Shown in pieces: positions 60,492 through 64,000 of a stretch of DNA of 64,000 nucleotides. Position 1 is the first letter of the stretch. Each line of letters begins with the position of its first letter. The notes beneath the pieces are model-generated. The model saw only the letters and a program-made list of their open reading frames with translations, did not search any database and was not told where the DNA came from. The translations under genes were made by a program, and so were the position numbers. The DNA comes from Asterionella formosa (taxonomy: Eukaryota), in contig NKIB01012997.1 in the NCBI GenBank assembly GCA_002256025.1, positions 1 through 64,000 on the forward strand, read 5' to 3'.

Positions 60492-60995
60492 CTAGGTCGA
60501 TTTCTTTTGTCGCTTTCGCGTTGTGGAGACTTGTGATGGCTCCCCTGTGACATCGCCTACATCTCGTTTCTTTGGTACAGGGTGTACAACTGACTTCTCC
60601 TTTATTGAGTGAAACCGCTTTTGTAGTTCCACCTGAACCTTTTCTGGCAGTTTTTCCCATCCCACAAGCTCGTTTATGGTCTCCAATTTTATAGTCTCTG
60701 GATATTCCCATGCACATGAAGATCCATGAAAATAGGTTGATTGCTTACAGCCCTTGTGGCACTGAAGGAACAATCGTAACCGAAGTTGGCCTTTGCAGAT
60801 TGGGTCATGGCACTGACGACATTTGGATCGACTGGAGGGACTCATATCAACCTCTGCGTCATGGGGAGTATCAGCCCATGTCTTTCTAGCAAACGGCATT
60901 GTCAAATCATCTTTGGACTCAAACCGCTTGAGTTTTAAATGCAAGTAGCGTCCAGAAGGATCGCGGGGCAACATGTCTCCCGGATTCGTTTTCAT
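60492..60995 (-). CDS. Stand-alone PARP-type zinc-finger protein
   Basis: VDMSPSSRSKCRQCHDPICKGQLRL...YFHGSSC...ELVGWEKLPEKVQ; basic tail RKRQKK. Confidence 0.8.
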   Translation of the reverse strand: MKTNPGDMLPRDPSGRYLHLKLKRFESKDDLTMPFARKTWADTPHDAEVDMSPSSRSKCRQCHDPICKGQLRLRLFLQCHKGCKQSTYFHGSSCAWEYPETIKLETINELVGWEKLPEKVQVELQKRFHSIKEKSVVHPVPKKRDVGDVTGEPSQVSTTRKRQKKST

Positions 60996-62913
60996 GGTTG
61001 GAAGATATGGGTTACAAAGTCCTTTCCTCTGATGCTCTGTGTTATTTGGCAAAAGCCTCACTATACTGCTTCGCTATAGTATGCTGCTTGGATGTCCTCT
61101 TGGATCAGTAAAATGCAAATATAAGGAACGAGTTGAATGGTATTGTACCGCCAAGAAGGATGATAGAGTATTTGCACTCGACATCATAAACCATCGCTAA
61201 TAGAGAAGCCATCGTGAGGAGTGTCACGAGGATTGCGGACTCGATTACACTCCAACTAATCGAATCATGTGTGGCCATGCCAATCCTCAGCTGGCTAACG
61301 AGACCAAAGATTGAAGACTTCTATAGAGATCGAATTCCATTCTATTAAGTGGAAATTCGAGGATACTCTTAGAATGCCTTGTAAGAAGCAAATGATTCAT
61401 AGGTCACTTATTTGAGAATTAGCAATTGGCTGAGTAAGCCGTGATAATTGAGAGGAAGGTCAATTAGTTTATCTAGCAGGAAGGCTAGCAGAAAAAGTAA
61501 GAGGTAATCCCTCTGTCCAATAACAGTTACATCGATAATAGAAATTTCTCCGGGTCCATTTGGACTGCTACGATTTTCTCTGGCTTCATTACCCAATTGT
61601 GTGGATTGCCCTAGTAAACTACAGATCCATGTATTAGTATGCCAGTATACAATAAAACGAAAGCAGGTGAAAGAGTGCTGAGTCACATGGGTTCAAGATC
61701 CCCTTCATGTTATAAAAATATGTGATCATTGTAGCTATGCAGCTCCCTATTCTGGATGGTGGATTGTTCTTCTGCTGAGTCCCCATACAAGAACCTGTTT
61801 CTGGCCTTCCAACAATCAGTGCTGTACTTGCACATTTGTGCCACCAATTTTGTGCCCCGAAGTCGTGGAACCACCTATAAAAATTATTACAATAATTGTG
61901 AAAAATTATTGCAAAAATTATCACAAGCATAGAATTAGGTAAAAAAATAAATCTAGAATTTATTTTGGAAGCATAAAATTCGGGCGCACCAGTGCACCAA
62001 AAATGGAAATTCAGTTGATCGCTCATAGAAACCATTTGAGCATCAAAATTATATCTTTAAGTGTTGTAATTTATGTCTTAGACTATTGAGAACACCGTTG
62101 TGAAGTTTGCTTTCTTATAATGCTTTGCACTAGGCGCACTTGTCATCATGTGTAGATAGGATTCAGATACCAAGCAAGCAAGGGGCTTCTATTATTTTTT
62201 GGCCTCCTTCAGAATTGAGATTTTTTATTACAATCCCCTATTTGTTCTCCCAATTTGATAACAAGATGTTGGAGATGTGGAAAGAGCACAAATCATTTCT
62301 GAATCAACATCTGTGGGCAGCCATGCAGCAGTGTATCTGGCTATAATCACGTCTGCAAATAGAATGTATCAAATTTATAAGATCATAGGTATTGTACGAT
62401 AACTGGCACAGATTTTTCGCTGCATGATACATATTTCGTTATTTGTATGTTAAATGGTGCATACTATAAGTAAGATCATGTTAAGCATACTTGTATTAAC
62501 CGATACACCACGATATTATCAAAACGTTATCCTATGATGTACATTCTTTCATCATCTATCTATCTTAAAATATTGGTAATTCAAATCGAAATCACTATTA
62601 AAATAGGTTGAAATGTTTTGTAGTTTTCTGCTATATCTAGAAATGATTTTTATGTTTCTATATTCTGCGCGGTTGAACACCAGCCAATGCTCCCTTTTTC
62701 TATTGTCTTATTGATCCTGATGTATGCCTCTCAACTCCCTTGAGGATGCATGCCTCCCCCCGCCACCCTTCAATGATCTTGATGCATGCCTCCTGCCTCC
62801 CGTTCAATCTGATTCTGAAACTCATCTGACTGCCTTGTGCCTTTGCCCTTTCCATTTGCTCCGATTCTGAATTCGCAGGCGCTATTCAATTGCTTTGTCC
62901 ACTTTGATTTTCT

Positions 62914-63120
62914 AGTCACACTACCAATCAGAAGGAATTACTTGCAGTTAGCCATCTTTTGTTCAAACCTCAACACTGTAGTCCCATTTTATCATGCTAC
63001 ACTTACCAGAAATCGATGAACTTTCGCATAATTATGTAAAACTGTGTCAGTCGAATATCGCATAAGTACACATCAAAGATTGTTCCACCAATGTCATTGA
63101 TTACTTACAGCAAAACGGTT
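62914..63120 (+). mobile_element. Possible Ty3/Gypsy RNase H remnant
   Basis: SHTTNQKELLAV and VHIKDCSTNVIDYL resemble the Gypsy Y.T.EKELLA and HI.G..N.VADYL motifs; interrupted by stops. Confidence 0.4.
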
Positions 63121-64000
63121 TGATTACAATTATCCTAAAAGATTAAAACACGCGTGTGTCAGTATGTTCTAACAGTTGTGCATTGTTCCAACTACTAGAG
63201 CACTTACCAATTAGATTTTGTCAACATTGGTGTTTTCCCAATGAATGCAAAATGAGCTATTAAATTGCTAGAAATGGAAGAAATCATTTAGTATTGTTTG
63301 TGAACCCAACAATCGATCAACCTGACATGTGCTGCCCTTGACATGCCATACTAGGTAGATTCCATTCACTTTTACATTTTCACCCCTTCTCAGCCGCAAC
63401 GTTAATCATTGTGCTGTAGCTTCAATTCAGTTTTCCTTGTCATGTGGTTGATGTGAACTCTCATTTCAGGATGAGTTACCGGTATGCATGACAATGAACC
63501 TTTAGATATGATTTCAAATGTATTAGCCATGTATACATATATAAAAATTTATAAAAGGATAAATATATACAATACAGTTTGAAAAGTTTCATAGATCAAA
63601 GACAATCTTGTTTATATCTCACATCATGTTTATAATATCATCCGTAAGAGGATATCGTTTTTCCACTATCTGAGGTACAATTTTCCCGTATTAAATCTTG
63701 TACCTACTACTACAAGTAAGTGATTTAATAAACACCTCAATTAACGGTAGTAGAATGAATGTCATGCTGACATTTTCGAGATATTGGAACTACGAAGAAA
63801 AAATTAATGTTCTAAATAATGCATCCAACTCAAAAGTTTGATTACCTTTTCGATAAGTGATCAGGGCATTCCAAGCAGCAACCTGATAGATTGAATTCGC
63901 TCACAATGATTGAATCGAATCTGTGGTGTCGAGAATTCCAGTATCCACCAATCAACCATCTTTGAACAGGGACCTTGATTTCTCGGAATCTATGACCCAC

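Overview
Eukaryotic nuclear DNA, most likely a diatom (stramenopile). Evidence: short GT-AG introns, bipartite signal-peptide plus 'AF/SF' plastid-targeting N-termini, CoDi-type Copia fragments and a signal-peptide-bearing proteasome beta subunit. About 15 intact genes: a plastid-targeted unknown protein, PIG-S, YaaA, an FHA/Tudor protein, an ABC1 kinase, a DnaJ, a small secreted KPT/Cys protein, a tandem-ABM protein, TMEM14, PPDK regulatory protein, RCL1, a TPR-like protein, a PhyH-TM-DUF6824-Tudor fusion, proteasome beta-2 and a zf-PARP protein. They alternate with decayed transposons: three Copia fragments, a non-LTR retroelement, PIF/Harbinger elements, Tc1/pogo elements and tandem duplications. 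Most notable: (1) a tRNA-Ala-like SINE family, with one copy bounded by a perfect 16-bp target-site duplication inside a Copia element and two more head copies; (2) a TA-flanked pogo-like element carrying a second, HIRAN-like cargo ORF; (3) a membrane 2OG-Fe(II) dioxygenase fused to DUF6824 and Tudor domains; (4) dense GGTACC-palindrome clusters in intergenic DNA. All family calls are by motif recognition only; no database searches were run.
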